NCBI GenBank assembly: GCA_937884385.1
Contig: CALGCW010000221.1
Location: 8,375-72,374 of the forward strand
From: an uncultured Clostridia bacterium
GTDB lineage: Bacteria > Bacillota > Clostridia > Oscillospirales > CAG-272
Direction of reading: 5' to 3'
DNA: 64,000 nt
Position numbers and translations under genes: made by a program
The notes under the pieces: model-generated
The model's input: the letters and a program-made list of their open reading frames with translations, nothing else
Databases searched by the model: none
What the model was told of the DNA's origin: nothing
Shown here: positions 53,158 through 64,000 of the stretch, in pieces
How the letters are laid out: every line of letters begins with the position of its first letter
Numbering within the stretch: the first letter of the stretch is position 1

Positions 53158-55986
53158 TTAAAGTATTTTTTTCAGATATAGACCGGTATGACTCTTGGGA
53201 TTATTTGAAACTTCCTCGGGTGTACCCTGCGCAACGATTGTACCCCCGCCGTCTCCCCCCTCAGGTCCGAGGTCGATAATGTAATCAGCACTCTTAATAA
53301 CATCAAGATTATGCTCAATAACCAAAACGGTATTTCCACCGTCCACAAGCCTTTGCAGTATACTAAGGAGCTTAGATACGTCCTCGGTATGAAGGCCCGT
53401 CGTAGGCTCATCAAGAATGTATATTGTTTTTCCTGTACTTCTTTTGGAAAGCTCAGTTGCAAGCTTTACTCTTTGAGCCTCACCGCCTGAAAGAGTGGTC
53501 GAGGACTGACCTATTTTAATATAGCCGAGTCCAACATCAAAGAGCGTTTCGAGCTTCTTACGTATCTTTGGAAGGCCGTCAAAGAATTCAAGTCCTTCTT
53601 CAATAGTCATCTCAAGAACGTCAGAAATATTCTTACCCTTAAACTTGACCTCAAGTGTGTCACGGTTATATCTCTTACCTTTGCAAACGTCGCAAGTGAC
53701 GTAAACGTCGGGAAGAAAATGCATCTCAATGCATTTTACTCCGTCACCTTCACAAGCTTCGCATCTGCCTCCCTTGACGTTGAATGAAAATCGACCCGAG
53801 GAGTAGCCTCTTGCTTTTGCATCGGTCGTTTGTGCAAAAAGATTTCTTATATCTGTGAAAAGACCCGTGTATGTCGCAGGATTTGAACGCGGAGTTCTTC
53901 CAATGGGGCTTTGGTCAATGCATATTACCTTATCAAGGTTTTCATATCCCTTAATGCTATCGTGCTTTCCTGGAACTTGATAAAAGGCACGGTTAAGCTT
54001 TGTAGCTAATTTGGGGTACAGTATACCGTTGACGAGTGAAGATTTACCCGAACCGGATACGCCGCTTACAACGGTTAGCGTTCCAAGCGGTATAGAAACG
54101 TCTATTCCCTTCAGATTGTGTTCTCTTGCGCCGAGTATTTGAAGATGATGCCCGTTTCCCTTTCGCCTTTCTTTGGGCACGGGGATGGATCTTCTGCGTG
54201 AAAGATAAGCGCCTGTAATGGATTTTGGATGATTCATTACCTGCTCGGGTGTACCCGCAACGACTACCTCGCCGCCGTGGATACCTGCTCCTGGACCTAT
54301 ATCGATAATATAATCCGATTCAAGCATCGTTTCTTCATCGTGTTCAACGACTATTACAGTATTTCCCATATCACGAAGCTTTTTAAGCGTTGCTATGAGC
54401 TTCGAGTTGTCACGCTGATGCAAGCCAATGCTTGGCTCATCAAGAATATAAAGAACCCCGACAAGCGAAGATCCAATTTGGGTAGCCAATCGTATACGCT
54501 GTGCTTCGCCTCCCGAAAGTGATCCGGATTTTCTCGAAAGAGTGAGATACTCAAGTCCCACGCTCGTCAAAAAGCTGAGTCTTGCTCTGATCTCCTTCAA
54601 TATTTCTCTTGCAATCTCTTCTTCTGAAGTACTAAGCTTGAGATCATTGACAAAATCAAGCTCATTCTTGATCTGCATATCACAAAACCTATCGATCGGC
54701 AAATCATTTACTGTTACTGATAAAACAGCGGGTGTAAGCCTGCGACCGTTGCATTCGGGACATGGCGCATCTTCAATAAATTCGTCATAATAGTCATTGT
54801 TATTCTGCATACTCATTCTCTGCTCTATTATACGAACTATACCGTCAAATTTAGCCTTCTGCTTATGCGCCTCACCGCCAAAATACCTTACTATATCGTA
54901 GGTATCGTCTCCGCTACCGTAGAGCAATACCTTCATAGCATCGTCGCTGAAGTCCTCTAGGGGAGTATCAAGGTCGAAGCCGTGTTTTTCACCTACAGCA
55001 ATAAATAAAGGTCCGTTCCAGCTCTCTTCTTCAAGAGATTTAAAGCCGTTGACGGCTATAGCTCCATTGTGGAGTGAGAGTGACTTGTCGGGGATTATCT
55101 TATCTAAAGACAGCTTCCTCAACGTACCGAGACCGAAGCACTTGGGGCAAGCTCCGGTGGGATTATTGAACGAAAACATTCTCGGCTCAAGCTCGCCAAT
55201 GGAAAAACCGTGCTCATCACAGGCGTATGATTGTGAGAAATTGATCTCCTGCGCTTCCTCGCCGTTGCGCGGAACTGTGGCTATTGTGAGATAACCGTCC
55301 GAAGCGGACAGTGCGCTCTCAACTGAATCAGACAGTCTCGTTCGTATATTATCCCTCATAATAAGTCTGTCCACAACGATTTCTATGCTGTGCTTTTTAT
55401 TCTTGTCTAATGAGATCTGCTCATCAAGCTCATACATATTACCGTCTACACGTACGCGAACGTAACCGCTCTTCTTGGCATCAGCAAATATCTTTTCGTG
55501 CCTTCCCTTTTGTCCTCTTACGATGGGAGATAGAACGAGAAAACGTGTTCCCTCTGGCAAGGTCATGATCTTGTCGATTATTTGGTCTACGCTCTGTCTT
55601 CGGATCTCCTTGCCGCAATATGGGCAGTGAGGAATGCCTATTCGTGCATAAAGCAAGCGCAAATAATCATATATCTCAGTGACCGTACCGACTGTGGAAC
55701 GCGGATTCTTTGATGTTGTTTTCTGGTCTATTGATATAGCGGGAGAAAGCCCCTCAATGAAATCGATATCAGGCTTATCCATTTGACCAAGGAACATACG
55801 AGCATACGAAGAAAGAGATTCAACGAATTGCCTGTGTCCCTCTGCATAGATCGTATCAAATGCAAGAGAAGTCTTACCCGATCCCGAGAGTCCCGTTAGA
55901 ATAACAAGCTTGTCTCTCGGAATGGAAACGTCTATATTTTTAAGATTGTTGACTCTCGCACCCTTTACTATTATATTTTTTACCAT
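53158..55986 (-). CDS. uvrA: Excinuclease ABC subunit A
   Basis: Two ABC modules ([25 protein letters not shown]), zinc-finger Cys pairs and two LSGGE signatures. Start at the ATG at 55986 ([11 protein letters not shown]), 10 nt after the uvrB stop. Confidence 0.96.
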   Translation of the reverse strand: MVKNIIVKGARVNNLKNIDVSIPRDKLVILTGLSGSGKTSLAFDTIYAEGHRQFVESLSSYARMFLGQMDKPDIDFIEGLSPAISIDQKTTSKNPRSTVGTVTEIYDYLRLLYARIGIPHCPYCGKEIRRQSVDQIIDKIMTLPEGTRFLVLSPIVRGQKGRHEKIFADAKKSGYVRVRVDGNMYELDEQISLDKNKKHSIEIVVDRLIMRDNIRTRLSDSVESALSASDGYLTIATVPRNGEEAQEINFSQSYACDEHGFSIGELEPRMFSFNNPTGACPKCFGLGTLRKLSLDKIIPDKSLSLHNGAIAVNGFKSLEEESWNGPLFIAVGEKHGFDLDTPLEDFSDDAMKVLLYGSGDDTYDIVRYFGGEAHKQKAKFDGIVRIIEQRMSMQNNNDYYDEFIEDAPCPECNGRRLTPAVLSVTVNDLPIDRFCDMQIKNELDFVNDLKLSTSEEEIAREILKEIRARLSFLTSVGLEYLTLSRKSGSLSGGEAQRIRLATQIGSSLVGVLYILDEPSIGLHQRDNSKLIATLKKLRDMGNTVIVVEHDEETMLESDYIIDIGPGAGIHGGEVVVAGTPEQVMNHPKSITGAYLSRRRSIPVPKERRKGNGHHLQILGAREHNLKGIDVSIPLGTLTVVSGVSGSGKSSLVNGILYPKLATKLNRAFYQVPGKHDSIKGYENLDKVICIDQSPIGRTPRSNPATYTGLFTDIRNLFAQTTDAKARGYSSGRFSFNVKGGRCEACEGDGVKCIEMHFLPDVYVTCDVCKGKRYNRDTLEVKFKGKNISDVLEMTIEEGLEFFDGLPKIRKKLETLFDVGLGYIKIGQSSTTLSGGEAQRVKLATELSKRSTGKTIYILDEPTTGLHTEDVSKLLSILQRLVDGGNTVLVIEHNLDVIKSADYIIDLGPEGGDGGGTIVAQGTPEEVSNNPKSHTGLYLKKIL

Positions 55987-55996
55987 ATTGTCTACC

Positions 55997-57973
55997 TTAT
56001 TTTTTATTACGAATTTCAGATATCCTGTCGCGCAAAAATGCTGCCTTTTCAAATTCAAGATGACGGGCAGCTTCCTTCATTTCTTTAGTCAGCTTTTCGA
56101 TCAAGTCGTCTTTTTCCTTCTTGGTCATTTTTGCGGATTTGGATTTCTTTTTCTTTGATGACGAATCATCATCGGACATGCCGATTTCAATAAGATCACG
56201 CACGCCTTTGACTATAGTTTTGGGAGTAATACCGTTCGCGCGGTTGTATTCCGTTTGTATCTGTCGGCGTCTGTTAGTTTCCGATATTGCTCTTTCCATA
56301 GAGCCCGTGATCTTGTCTGCATACATTATAACCTTGCCCTCTGCATTTCGAGCAGCTCGTCCAACAGTCTGAATGAGCGAGGTCTCTGCGCGCAAGAATC
56401 CTTCCTTATCAGCATCAAGTATGGCAACGAGAGATACCTCGGGTATGTCAAGACCCTCACGAAGAAGGTTTATACCAACAAGAACGTCGAATTTTCCGAG
56501 ACGAAGGTCTCGGATAATCTCCATCCTTTCCATAGTATCAACGTTAAAATGTATATATCTGACCTTGATACCGTTATTTTCAAGATATTCGGTCAAGTCT
56601 TCTGCCATTTGCTTTGTAAGAGTTGTCACAAGAACTCTCTCGTTCTTTGCTACTCTTACTTTTATTTCACCCATAAGATCGTCTACCTGCCCCTCTATGG
56701 GTCTGACATCAATCTCTGGGTCAACAAGTCCGGTTGGACGAATGATCTGTTCAACGATCTGCGTCGAGTTTTCCTTTTCATAATCCGCAGGCGTAGCGCT
56801 AACAAAGATGGCTTGGTTTATCTTATCTTCAAATTCTTCAAAGCGAAGAGGTCTGTTATCATAAGCAGAGGGCAATCTGAAGCCGAAATCTATCAGATTT
56901 TTCTTTCTAGCAGTGTCACCCCCACTCATTCCTCTTACTTGCGGTAAGGAAACGTGTGACTCGTCAACAAAAAGCAGATAGTCATCGGGAAGATAGTCGA
57001 GCAATGTGTAAGGAGTGCTTCCTTCAGGGCGCCCCGAAAGAACTCTTGAGTAATTTTCAACTCCGCTGCAGAAGCCTACCTCACGAAGCATCTCCATATC
57101 GTATTTAACTCTTTCGCTTATTCTCTGTGCTTCGAGATACTTATTCTGGCTTTGAAAGAATTCTACTCGCTCGTTCATTTCCTGCATTATTTCATTGATA
57201 GCAGCTTCTCTTTTTTCATCTGAGACCGCATAGTGAGTTGCAGGATATATCGGAACGTAGGATAATGATCTGAGCACCTCACCTGTGACTGTATGAATTT
57301 CGCTGATGCGATCTATCTCATCACCAAAGAATTCGACTCGTATAGCTTTATCACCGCTTGAAGCAGGAAATATCTCAACTGTATCTCCGCGAGCTCTGAA
57401 GTTATCTCTGACAAAATTTATATCATTTCGATCATAGCTGATTGAGATCAGCTTGCGTATGAGCTCCTCACGGCTCATCTCCATGCCTGGGCGAAGAGCA
57501 AGAACGAGGTTTTTATACTCCTCCGGATCACCAAGAGAATATATGCAAGAAACCGAAGCAACGATGATCACGTCCCTTCTTTCAAAGAGCGATGACGTTG
57601 CGCTGTGTCGAAGCATATCGATCTCATCATTGATCATAGCATCCTTTTCGATATAAATATCCTTTCCGGGGATATAAGCCTCGGGTTGATAGTAATCATA
57701 ATACGAAACAAAATATTCCACGGCATTTTCGGGAAAAAACTCTCGGAATTCAGAGCAGAGCTGTGCGGCAAGCGTCTTGTTGTGCGCAAGCACGACCGTG
57801 GGTCTGTTTACATTGGCGATAACGTTTGCCATTGTGAAGGTCTTTCCCGAGCCCGTCACACCGAGCAAGGTCTGCATCCTATCTCCGCGAAGAACACCAT
57901 CCGTAAGCTTTTCTATAGCTTGCGGTTGGTCGCCGGTAGGTTGATATGAGGATACAAGCTTGAATTTATTCAT
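55997..57973 (-). CDS. uvrB: Excinuclease ABC subunit B
   Basis: 658 aa. GVTGSGKT Walker A, DESH box, C-terminal UVR domain ([13 protein letters not shown]). Confidence 0.96.
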   Translation of the reverse strand: MNKFKLVSSYQPTGDQPQAIEKLTDGVLRGDRMQTLLGVTGSGKTFTMANVIANVNRPTVVLAHNKTLAAQLCSEFREFFPENAVEYFVSYYDYYQPEAYIPGKDIYIEKDAMINDEIDMLRHSATSSLFERRDVIIVASVSCIYSLGDPEEYKNLVLALRPGMEMSREELIRKLISISYDRNDINFVRDNFRARGDTVEIFPASSGDKAIRVEFFGDEIDRISEIHTVTGEVLRSLSYVPIYPATHYAVSDEKREAAINEIMQEMNERVEFFQSQNKYLEAQRISERVKYDMEMLREVGFCSGVENYSRVLSGRPEGSTPYTLLDYLPDDYLLFVDESHVSLPQVRGMSGGDTARKKNLIDFGFRLPSAYDNRPLRFEEFEDKINQAIFVSATPADYEKENSTQIVEQIIRPTGLVDPEIDVRPIEGQVDDLMGEIKVRVAKNERVLVTTLTKQMAEDLTEYLENNGIKVRYIHFNVDTMERMEIIRDLRLGKFDVLVGINLLREGLDIPEVSLVAILDADKEGFLRAETSLIQTVGRAARNAEGKVIMYADKITGSMERAISETNRRRQIQTEYNRANGITPKTIVKGVRDLIEIGMSDDDSSSKKKKSKSAKMTKKEKDDLIEKLTKEMKEAARHLEFEKAAFLRDRISEIRNKK

Positions 57974-58664
57974 AAGCTCCCTCCTGCCACTTTTGTGTAT
58001 AGTTCGGTTGGGGCATCATAGCAATATACAGCATATCTTTAAGCCGCGCAAGTGCCTCGCGCGCATCATAAATCGGTTGCTTTGCATAGCCTTGAAGTGC
58101 GGCATCAACACCGTCCGCATCCATTCCGAGCTTTTCCGCTATAAATATCGCCCTGTGCAAATGATATTTTTGACTTACGATAAGTATTTTATCAAAGCCA
58201 TAGATATTCTTTGCGCGCCAAATGCTTTCATAGGTAGAAAGACCGTATCCGTCGCTAATTATATTATTCTCACTTACGCCCATCTCTATAAGAACGTTTT
58301 TCATCGTTACGGTTTCCGTATAATCAGAGTTTTCGCTGTCACCGCTTATAAATATGACGCTTGTATTGCTGTTGACGGATGCTTGATATCCGGTTATCAA
58401 TCGGTCATTCAGCATAGGCGTCGGCGAGCCGTCACTTCGCACGCCTGCGCCTAAAATCAGCACACAGTCATAGCTGTTCAAGTTGCTTTGAAGCTCCTCT
58501 GCTGTAAAGATATCATCTTCCGTTATCGAAACTATATTGATATTTACAATTAAAACAAAAAGAGCCATAAGCAACACAACAAAACCAATAAAGATAGCAG
58601 TTTCCTTCATTGGCTTTGCATAACTATAGAACAAGCTTTTAATTCTTTTCCATAGGTTTCTCAT
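57966..58664 (-). CDS. SanA/YdcF-family (DUF218) membrane-anchored protein
   Basis: TM anchor then [17 protein letters not shown] and SGD motifs. Start at the ATG at 58664 (AGGAG 5 nt upstream) rather than the TTG at 58682. Overlaps the uvrB start by 8 nt. Confidence 0.78.
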   Translation of the reverse strand: MRNLWKRIKSLFYSYAKPMKETAIFIGFVVLLMALFVLIVNINIVSITEDDIFTAEELQSNLNSYDCVLILGAGVRSDGSPTPMLNDRLITGYQASVNSNTSVIFISGDSENSDYTETVTMKNVLIEMGVSENNIISDGYGLSTYESIWRAKNIYGFDKILIVSQKYHLHRAIFIAEKLGMDADGVDAALQGYAKQPIYDAREALARLKDMLYIAMMPQPNYTQKWQEGAYE

Positions 58665-58755
58665 AGACTCTCCTGTTTCCAAAAGCGGAATTAATACTAT
58701 TTAATTATAACAGATATTATTTAAAATGTCAATACATAAATTCCAAAAAAGGAAA

Positions 58756-59703
58756 TTAATAAAAGGTTGCAAGCTCGGGGTTAGGCTTTACGGCAAATGC
58801 CGTTGATTCTGCATAAAGCACGGGACCCTTTCTGTTGTACATTTGATGATTTTCAACCTTTATCTTTGCGGTCAGAAGCACCCAATCCCCTGTTTTAAGA
58901 GTTGAATCCTTCTTGAATACGCATACTAGTCCGCCAAAGGCGATATCGTCGGCGCAGCAGGTCATAACGTGTCTTCCAATGATGACGGATTTTGACCCAA
59001 GGCTCGGATCTCTTGCTATAAGACCTTTGAATTTGACCGTCTTTCCGTGATACTTGTCAAGCTCCTCACCTATATCTCGATACCAGATAGCAAAGTCTCT
59101 GTCATCGATCTCAATAATAGGTGCATCGACGTCAAAAGGAAGCTCATCTTCTATGTCGTCGTACTCGATTCTGCCATCGGGAAAATCATAAACTATCTCT
59201 GCTCGCGGATTTGCACCTCGAACTATCTTGTGAAATGCTTCTCTGTCAACGGTTTCGCTCGCTCTGTTCAATACAACCATCTCGCAAGCGGACAGTTTAT
59301 CAAACATAAGCGCGCGCATATTTGTATTATATAGCTCAAAGGTAGCGCAATCCGCCGCCATAACGCATTGATAGATTATCCAGCTTTCGGGCATATTCAT
59401 AAACAGAGTATCAAGCTGCCACATTCCGTTATATTCGATGACTATGCGATCGATAATGTGTTTGCTTGTTAAGCCTTTTAAATAATCGAGCGTTATACTC
59501 TCTTCGTTTTCAATGGTTTCTATATAGACATTTTTGCCCCAAAAGCGAGAAGGATCGTATTCGTCAAGACCTTCCTCACAGCATATAAGAAGGGTCTTTT
59601 CACCCGAATTGAATCTTTCATCCTCCATAGACTCCTGTATCATATGAGTTTTGCCTCCCTCAAGGAAGCCTACGAATAAGTAAACCGGAACTTGTTGTTT
59701 CAT
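58756..59703 (-). CDS. Degenerate G3E/CobW-like N-domain fused to a CC-motif C-terminal domain
   Basis: Variant Walker A GFLEGGKT, LLICCEEG in place of the CxCC motif, IVIEYNG (switch region), LNRA instead of NKxD. The C-terminal GRHVMTCCADDIAFGGLV resembles the DUF1980/TIGR03943 CC-motif domain (from memory). Confidence 0.62.
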   Translation of the reverse strand: MKQQVPVYLFVGFLEGGKTHMIQESMEDERFNSGEKTLLICCEEGLDEYDPSRFWGKNVYIETIENEESITLDYLKGLTSKHIIDRIVIEYNGMWQLDTLFMNMPESWIIYQCVMAADCATFELYNTNMRALMFDKLSACEMVVLNRASETVDREAFHKIVRGANPRAEIVYDFPDGRIEYDDIEDELPFDVDAPIIEIDDRDFAIWYRDIGEELDKYHGKTVKFKGLIARDPSLGSKSVIIGRHVMTCCADDIAFGGLVCVFKKDSTLKTGDWVLLTAKIKVENHQMYNRKGPVLYAESTAFAVKPNPELATFY

Positions 59704-59711
59704 CTTTTCTC

Positions 59712-60761
59712 CTAAATATTGAATAATTCTCTGATCTTGTCTTCATTGATGTGTGAGCCTATTACACATACCTTTCCATTAACGTCGGCACAACCGCGAC
59801 GCACGTCGATTGCGCCCGGGATGTAGTCGAAGTAGATCCATTCTCCATCGGTAGAGTCAACTATACCTTTGGCGCGAAGCACGAGACCGTATTCTTTTTC
59901 ATCTTCTATTTCATCAAGAATTCTTTCTATCTCGTCAACAGTGAATTTTTTAGCTGTTTCAACACCCCAGGATTCAAACACCTCGTCCGCGTGGTGATGA
60001 TGGTGGTGATGCTCGTGATCGTGGGAATCGCAATCGTCACCGTGCTCGTGATGGTGGTGATGCTCGTGATGGTGGTGATGCTCGTGATCGTGGCAACCGC
60101 AGTCGCAATCGTCACCGTGCTCGTGGTGATGATGCTCGTGTTTCAAATCTTCAATTGCTTTATCAATAGTTGAAGCGTTCTCAATAGCATTGAGGATCTG
60201 CTCACCCGAGAGATTGTCCCAATCAGTTGTAATGATCGTTGCGGAAGGATTCTTTTCTCTCAAAAGTGCAATGCATTCAGTTATCTTCTTTTCGGTAGAA
60301 GATGAAGTGTGACTGAGAACGATGCACTTCGCTTCTATTATCTGATCATTGAAGAACTCACCGAAGTTTTTCATATATATCTTGCACCTGTTAACGTCAA
60401 CTACCGCGGTTGTACCGTTCAAGAAAACAGTTTCGTTCAAAACCTTTTCCGTTGCCTTAACAACGTCAGAGAGCTTTCCTACTCCGGAGGGCTCAATAAT
60501 GATCCTATCTGGGTGATAAGTATCAATAGCTTCCTTAAGTGCCTTTGAAAAATCACCGACAAGGCTACAGCAAATACAACCGGAATTCATTTCAGTAATA
60601 TTTATGCCGGATTCCTTTAAAAAGCCCCCGTCAATACCTATCTGACCAAACTCATTTTCAATCAGCATAAGCTTTTCGCCTTTGTGAGCCTCTGCTATCA
60701 TCTTTTTAATAAGCGTAGTTTTTCCTGCGCCTAAAAAGCCTGAATATATGTCTATTTTCAT
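59712..60761 (-). CDS. COG0523-family (CobW/ZigA/YjiA-like) metallochaperone GTPase with His-rich insert
   Basis: Walker A GFLGAGKTT, CxCC motif GCICC, ExSG (IIIEPSGVG). 50-residue His/Asp/Cys tract at residues 208-257 and a CobW C-terminal domain. Confidence 0.88.
   Translation of the reverse strand: MKIDIYSGFLGAGKTTLIKKMIAEAHKGEKLMLIENEFGQIGIDGGFLKESGINITEMNSGCICCSLVGDFSKALKEAIDTYHPDRIIIEPSGVGKLSDVVKATEKVLNETVFLNGTTAVVDVNRCKIYMKNFGEFFNDQIIEAKCIVLSHTSSSTEKKITECIALLREKNPSATIITTDWDNLSGEQILNAIENASTIDKAIEDLKHEHHHHEHGDDCDCGCHDHEHHHHHEHHHHHEHGDDCDSHDHEHHHHHHHADEVFESWGVETAKKFTVDEIERILDEIEDEKEYGLVLRAKGIVDSTDGEWIYFDYIPGAIDVRRGCADVNGKVCVIGSHINEDKIRELFNI
59991..60140 (-). repeat. Coding His/Asp/Cys-rich low-complexity tract with internal DNA repeats
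   Basis: Encodes HEHHHHEHGDDCDCGCHDHEHHHHHEHHHHHEHGDDCDSHDHEHHHHHHH. The unit gcaatcgtcaccgtgctcgtg and GTGATG-type codon runs recur. Confidence 0.85.
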
Positions 60762-60798
60762 TTTTTATCTCCTTTTACTTAAAAATGTACTACCTTAT

Positions 60799-60827
60799 AT
60801 TTTAACTCAAATAATTATTAATGTCAA
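60799..60827 (-). promoter_or_regulatory. Promoter of the GTPase pair, with a 10-bp palindrome in the spacer
   Basis: Minus strand TTGACA (60827-22), 17 nt, TAAAAT (60804-799). Perfect palindrome AATAATTATT at 60810-60819 lies inside the spacer. Confidence 0.6.
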
Positions 60828-60846
60828 CAATAAAACCATAAAAATA

Positions 60847-60875
60847 TTGACTTTATCCGTTTTTTGTGTTAATAT
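60847..60875 (+). promoter_or_regulatory. rnhA promoter
   Basis: TTGACT (60847-52), 17 nt, TGtTAATAT (-10 at 60870-75). Confidence 0.6.
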
Positions 60876-60903
60876 GAAGTGAATGAAAAGAACGGAGAAT
60901 GTT

Positions 60904-61344
60904 ATGAAACACGTTGATATATATACAGACGGCGCCTGCAGAGGGAATCCGGGCAAGGGCGGTTGGGGCGCTATCCTTGTTTACGGAAAGGTTGAAAAGG
61001 AGCTTTCGGGCGGTGAGCGTTCTACTACGAACAACCGAATGGAACTAACTGCTGCAATCAAGGCTCTATCTGCTCTCAAGGAGAAATGTGAGGTCACACT
61101 GTATTCCGACTCTAAATATATGATCGATGCCCTCGAAAAAGGCTGGGCTATCGGCTGGAGAGACAAGGGTTGGAAAAAGGCAGATAAATCTCCTGCTCTG
61201 AATCCCGATCTATGGGAAAAGCTATTAAAGCTTGTTGAAAAACACAATATTAAATATGTTTGGGTAAAAGGTCATGCCGGACACTCGTATAACGAGCGAT
61301 GCGATAAGCTTGCAACCGATTATGCCGATTCATTCAAGGATTAA
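60904..61344 (+). CDS. rnhA: Ribonuclease HI
   Basis: [29 protein letters not shown] and KGHAGH..NE.CD motifs. Start at the ATG at 60904 (GGAG 7 nt upstream). The first ATG at 60883 coincides with the predicted TSS. Confidence 0.9.
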   Translation: MKHVDIYTDGACRGNPGKGGWGAILVYGKVEKELSGGERSTTNNRMELTAAIKALSALKEKCEVTLYSDSKYMIDALEKGWAIGWRDKGWKKADKSPALNPDLWEKLLKLVEKHNIKYVWVKGHAGHSYNERCDKLATDYADSFKD

Positions 61345-61374
61345 AAAAGACCTGCAATTGCTTGCAGGTCTTTT
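61343..61374. terminator. Bidirectional terminator between rnhA and the acyl-CoA ligase gene
   Basis: Stem AGACCTGCAA/TTGCAGGTCT (61348-61371) with an A-run and a T-run. Confidence 0.8.
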
Positions 61375-61377
61375 GTA

Positions 61378-63099
61378 TTAGTCTATGACTCTGTTGATCT
61401 TAAATCTGACGATCTTCTTTGAGGTGTTCTTCTCGAATTCCTCATTTCTGATCTTAACTATCTGTACCTTCTTATAAGGTGCAGCTTTTTTATTGATATC
61501 GTTTACATTGTCCTTGAAGTACTTCTGCGCATCCTCAATTCCGTGAGCCTTAAGACCGTCAAAGTCGGGGTAGATCTCCGCAACGATGCAGTCCTTGCTT
61601 GAGCCGTCAGCATTAAGTCCCTCATAAACAACTACTTCATTTACACCGTAAATTCTTGAGATCTCTGTTTCGATCTCCTCAGGATATACGTTTTTACCGT
61701 TGGAAAGAATGATGAGGTTCTTGAGACGGCCTGTGATATAGATCCAACCTTCCTCGTCAAGTCTGCCGTAGTCACCCGTCTTGAAGTATCCTTCCTCGTC
61801 GAACGCCGCAGCAGTTGCTTCAGCATTTTTATAGTATCCCATCATTACGTTGGGACCCTTTACGCAAATCTCACCTTCTCCGTTCTCGTCGGGATCAGCA
61901 ATCTTAACAAGCTCACCGATAATAGGAGTTCCTACGCTTCCTGCCTTTCTGTATTCGTTTCTGTTGCAGGAGATAAGAGGCGCACACTCAGTAATACCGT
62001 ATCCGTTGAGAATGGTAATACCAATTCCTTCGAATGTGTCAATGATATCTTGATTAAGTGCAGCACCGCCGCAGATGATCATCTCAAGCTTACCGCCAAA
62101 AGCACTTGTAACGCTTGCGAAAAGCTTTCTGCGCATATCGATTCCGACCTTGCGCATGCCGTTGCTTGCTTTGATCATGGTTCTGAGAAGCTTATCCTTA
62201 CCTTGCTTCTCAGCAGTTGCCCAAATTCTCTTGTAGAAGGTTTCAACAAAGAGAGGAACGAGAATAAGATGGCTGGGCTGCTGCTCCTTAAGCTCGCTGA
62301 GTATGTATTTAAGTCCTGCTGAAATATAAACCTCAGCACCCTGTGCATAGTGACCAACGAAGTTAACGGTAGAACCAAACGTGTGGTGAGGAGGCAATAC
62401 GCAAAGTGTCTTGGGAGTTATCTGGAAGTTGTACATACCCTGAGTCATATCTGAAACGATATTGGTCTGAGTAAGCATTACGCCCTTTCCCTTGCCCGTC
62501 GTACCTGATGTGAATACGATGCTTGCAAGCTTGTCTGGGTCAAGATCATAATCGAAATACGTATTATCTCCACCCTCATAAAGCTTCTGACCGTTATGAA
62601 CTATATCCTCAAGGATTTTAGCATCCTCAACGATAGTTTCATTATTCATACAGATGAAGACGGGATGAATGTTAAGGTCTTCCTTGATCTTAACCATTTT
62701 ATTGTCGATGACAGAGCTGTAGATAACAAAATCACATTCAGCGGTTTCAATAATGCTTCTGATATCATCTGCAGGAAGCTCTTTATCGATCGGAACCGTA
62801 ACTGCGCCTATGGACATCGTTGCATAATACGATGTAACCCAATTATATGAAGCCTCACCGACTATGGCTACGTGCTTTTCTCTTACGCCTTCAGCTACGA
62901 GACCTGTGCCCATAGCAATGATATACTCTCTTGTTTCTGCAAATGTTTTCTTTGTAACTTCACTCTTGTGAGGATTTTCCTTAAATGAATAAGCAACTCG
63001 GTCAGGATACTTCTTTGCAACATTCTCAGTCATTATTCTGAAATCCTTGAAAACCGTAGTCTCATACAAAGGATAATTCTTTTTTCTGTTAGAACCCAT
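61378..63099 (-). CDS. AMP-dependent long-chain-fatty-acid--CoA ligase-like enzyme
   Basis: 573 aa. AMP-binding motif FTSGTTGKGKGVMLT, YGITE, TGDYG and GRLKN. Confidence 0.88.
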   Translation of the reverse strand: MGSNRKKNYPLYETTVFKDFRIMTENVAKKYPDRVAYSFKENPHKSEVTKKTFAETREYIIAMGTGLVAEGVREKHVAIVGEASYNWVTSYYATMSIGAVTVPIDKELPADDIRSIIETAECDFVIYSSVIDNKMVKIKEDLNIHPVFICMNNETIVEDAKILEDIVHNGQKLYEGGDNTYFDYDLDPDKLASIVFTSGTTGKGKGVMLTQTNIVSDMTQGMYNFQITPKTLCVLPPHHTFGSTVNFVGHYAQGAEVYISAGLKYILSELKEQQPSHLILVPLFVETFYKRIWATAEKQGKDKLLRTMIKASNGMRKVGIDMRRKLFASVTSAFGGKLEMIICGGAALNQDIIDTFEGIGITILNGYGITECAPLISCNRNEYRKAGSVGTPIIGELVKIADPDENGEGEICVKGPNVMMGYYKNAEATAAAFDEEGYFKTGDYGRLDEEGWIYITGRLKNLIILSNGKNVYPEEIETEISRIYGVNEVVVYEGLNADGSSKDCIVAEIYPDFDGLKAHGIEDAQKYFKDNVNDINKKAAPYKKVQIVKIRNEEFEKNTSKKIVRFKINRVID

Positions 63100-63121
63100 T
63101 ATCTTTTCTCCTTTTTAATAA

Positions 63122-64000
63122 TTAAAAACGTACTTTTTCTTCGATATATGCTTTAAGGTCAGCAATAGGAAGTCTTATCTGGTCCATGGTGTCTCTATCT
63201 CTGATAGTCACGCAACCGTCATTCTCGGACTCAAAGTCATAAGTAATGCAAAGGGGTGTGCCAATTTCATCTTGGCGTCTATATCTCTTACCGATAGAGC
63301 CTGTTTCGTCAAAGTCAACGTTAAAGTATTTCGAAAGCTCACAGTAAACCTCGTCAGCCTTGTCAGAAAGCTTCTTGGACAAAGGAAGAACAGCCGCCTT
63401 TATAGGAGCAAGCGCGGGATGAATGCGAAGCACTGTTCTGACATCATTCTTCTCTGCATCGATAACTTCTTCATCATATGCATCGCAAAGTACCGCGAGC
63501 ACGCTTCTTTCAACACCGAGAGAAGGCTCGATAACGTAGGGTGTATATCTTTCGTTTGTCTCGGGATCAAAGTATGTGAGATCCTTTTTGGATTCATTTT
63601 GATGCTGTGTAAGGTCGTAATCAGTTCTGTCAGCAACACCCCAAAGCTCGCCCCAACCGAATGGGAACAAGAATTCAAAGTCAGTTGTTGCCTTGGAATA
63701 GAAGCAAAGCTCCTCGGGATCGTGGTCGCGAAGTCTGAGATTTTCGTCCTTGAGACCGATATCAAGCAACCACTGGTGGCAGAAGTTTCTCCAATATGCG
63801 AACCATTCAAGATCAGTGCCGGGCTTGCAGAAGAATTCAAGCTCCATCTGCTCAAATTCTCTTACTCGGAAAATAAAGTTTCCGGGAGTGATCTCGTTTC
63901 TGAATGACTTACCTATCTGACCTATACCAAATGGCAGCTTCTTACGTGTAGTTCTCTGTACGTTAACAAAGTTAGTAAAAATACCCTGTGCAGTTTCGGG
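63122..64000 (-). CDS. glyQS: Glycine--tRNA ligase (glyQS type), C-terminal part; N-terminus lies beyond the window
   Basis: The reading frame stays open to base 64000 ([57 protein letters not shown]...), with class II motifs and an anticodon-binding C-terminus. Confidence 0.93.
   Translation of the reverse strand, partial: PETAQGIFTNFVNVQRTTRKKLPFGIGQIGKSFRNEITPGNFIFRVREFEQMELEFFCKPGTDLEWFAYWRNFCHQWLLDIGLKDENLRLRDHDPEELCFYSKATTDFEFLFPFGWGELWGVADRTDYDLTQHQNESKKDLTYFDPETNERYTPYVIEPSLGVERSVLAVLCDAYDEEVIDAEKNDVRTVLRIHPALAPIKAAVLPLSKKLSDKADEVYCELSKYFNVDFDETGSIGKRYRRQDEIGTPLCITYDFESENDGCVTIRDRDTMDQIRLPIADLKAYIEEKVRF

Noticed and set aside
59927-60173. 60-62 aa ORFs on both strands and a repeat pattern that could superficially suggest a tandem-repeat or CRISPR-like array.
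   Set aside because: They are alternative-frame readings of the His/Asp codon repeats inside the COG0523 gene. The repeats are short, in-frame and coding, with no spacer structure.
60810-60819. AATAATTATT palindrome as a Zur/Fur box.
   Set aside because: It matches only the ATAAT-N-ATT core of the 7-1-7 Fur-family consensus, and such AT palindromes are common in low-GC intergenic DNA. It is kept as a low-confidence remark inside the GTPase finding, not called as an operator.
1-64000. Scan for mobile elements, CRISPR arrays, rRNA, prophage or defence-system genes.
   Set aside because: I found no transposase, integrase or recombinase motifs, no terminal inverted repeats bracketing genes, no regularly spaced direct repeats and no rRNA-like sequence. 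The window is essentially core housekeeping apart from the small loci reported.

Overview
This window looks like a low-GC (roughly 38-40% by eye) chromosomal core segment of a Firmicutes/Clostridia-type genome. I call about 64 protein genes and 2 tRNAs (Ser-CGA, Trp-CCA). There is no rRNA, CRISPR array, transposase, integrase or recognisable defence island. Most genes from 0.8 to 42.2 kb are on the minus strand in tight, often overlapping arrays. In ascending coordinates these are: galM/galE sugar genes; an uncharacterised ABC-2 transporter; pgi; a sporulation/division block (divIC-yabQ-yabP-yabO-hup-mazG-yabM, transcribed in the reverse of this order); mtaD, hemZ, dtd, relA, recJ; cdaR/cdaA; yebC; argS, recN, argR, nadK, tlyA, ispA; xseBA; nusB. 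The plus-strand block at 42.5-53.1 kb carries ireB, ribF, a second DD-carboxypeptidase, tRNA-Trp and a split methionine synthase operon (metF, activation domain, metH), with one convergent minus-strand gene (cysK) inside it. After that come uvrAB, a pair of COG0523-type metallochaperone GTPases, rnhA, an acyl-CoA ligase and a truncated glyQS. The sporulation-gene synteny suggests an endospore-forming Clostridia lineage; this is inference only. Four things are most worth a second look. (1) A free-standing unit at 9327-9576 has a consensus promoter, a roughly 155-nt rod-like hairpin and a strong terminator, and contains a 31-codon hydrophobic ORF. (2) A GC-rich 165-bp array of mini-hairpins at 45202-45366, next to tRNA-Trp, is punctuated by about eight ATGAAGC/GCTTCAT heptamers in two convergent sets. 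(3) The paired G3E GTPases comprise one with a 50-residue His/Asp/Cys tract and one with a degenerate P-loop fused to a CC-motif domain. (4) An orphan 429-aa protein carries a type IV prepilin signal under a perfect consensus promoter, with no pilus machinery nearby. All calls rest on motif recognition and manual inspection. No database search or folding program was run.
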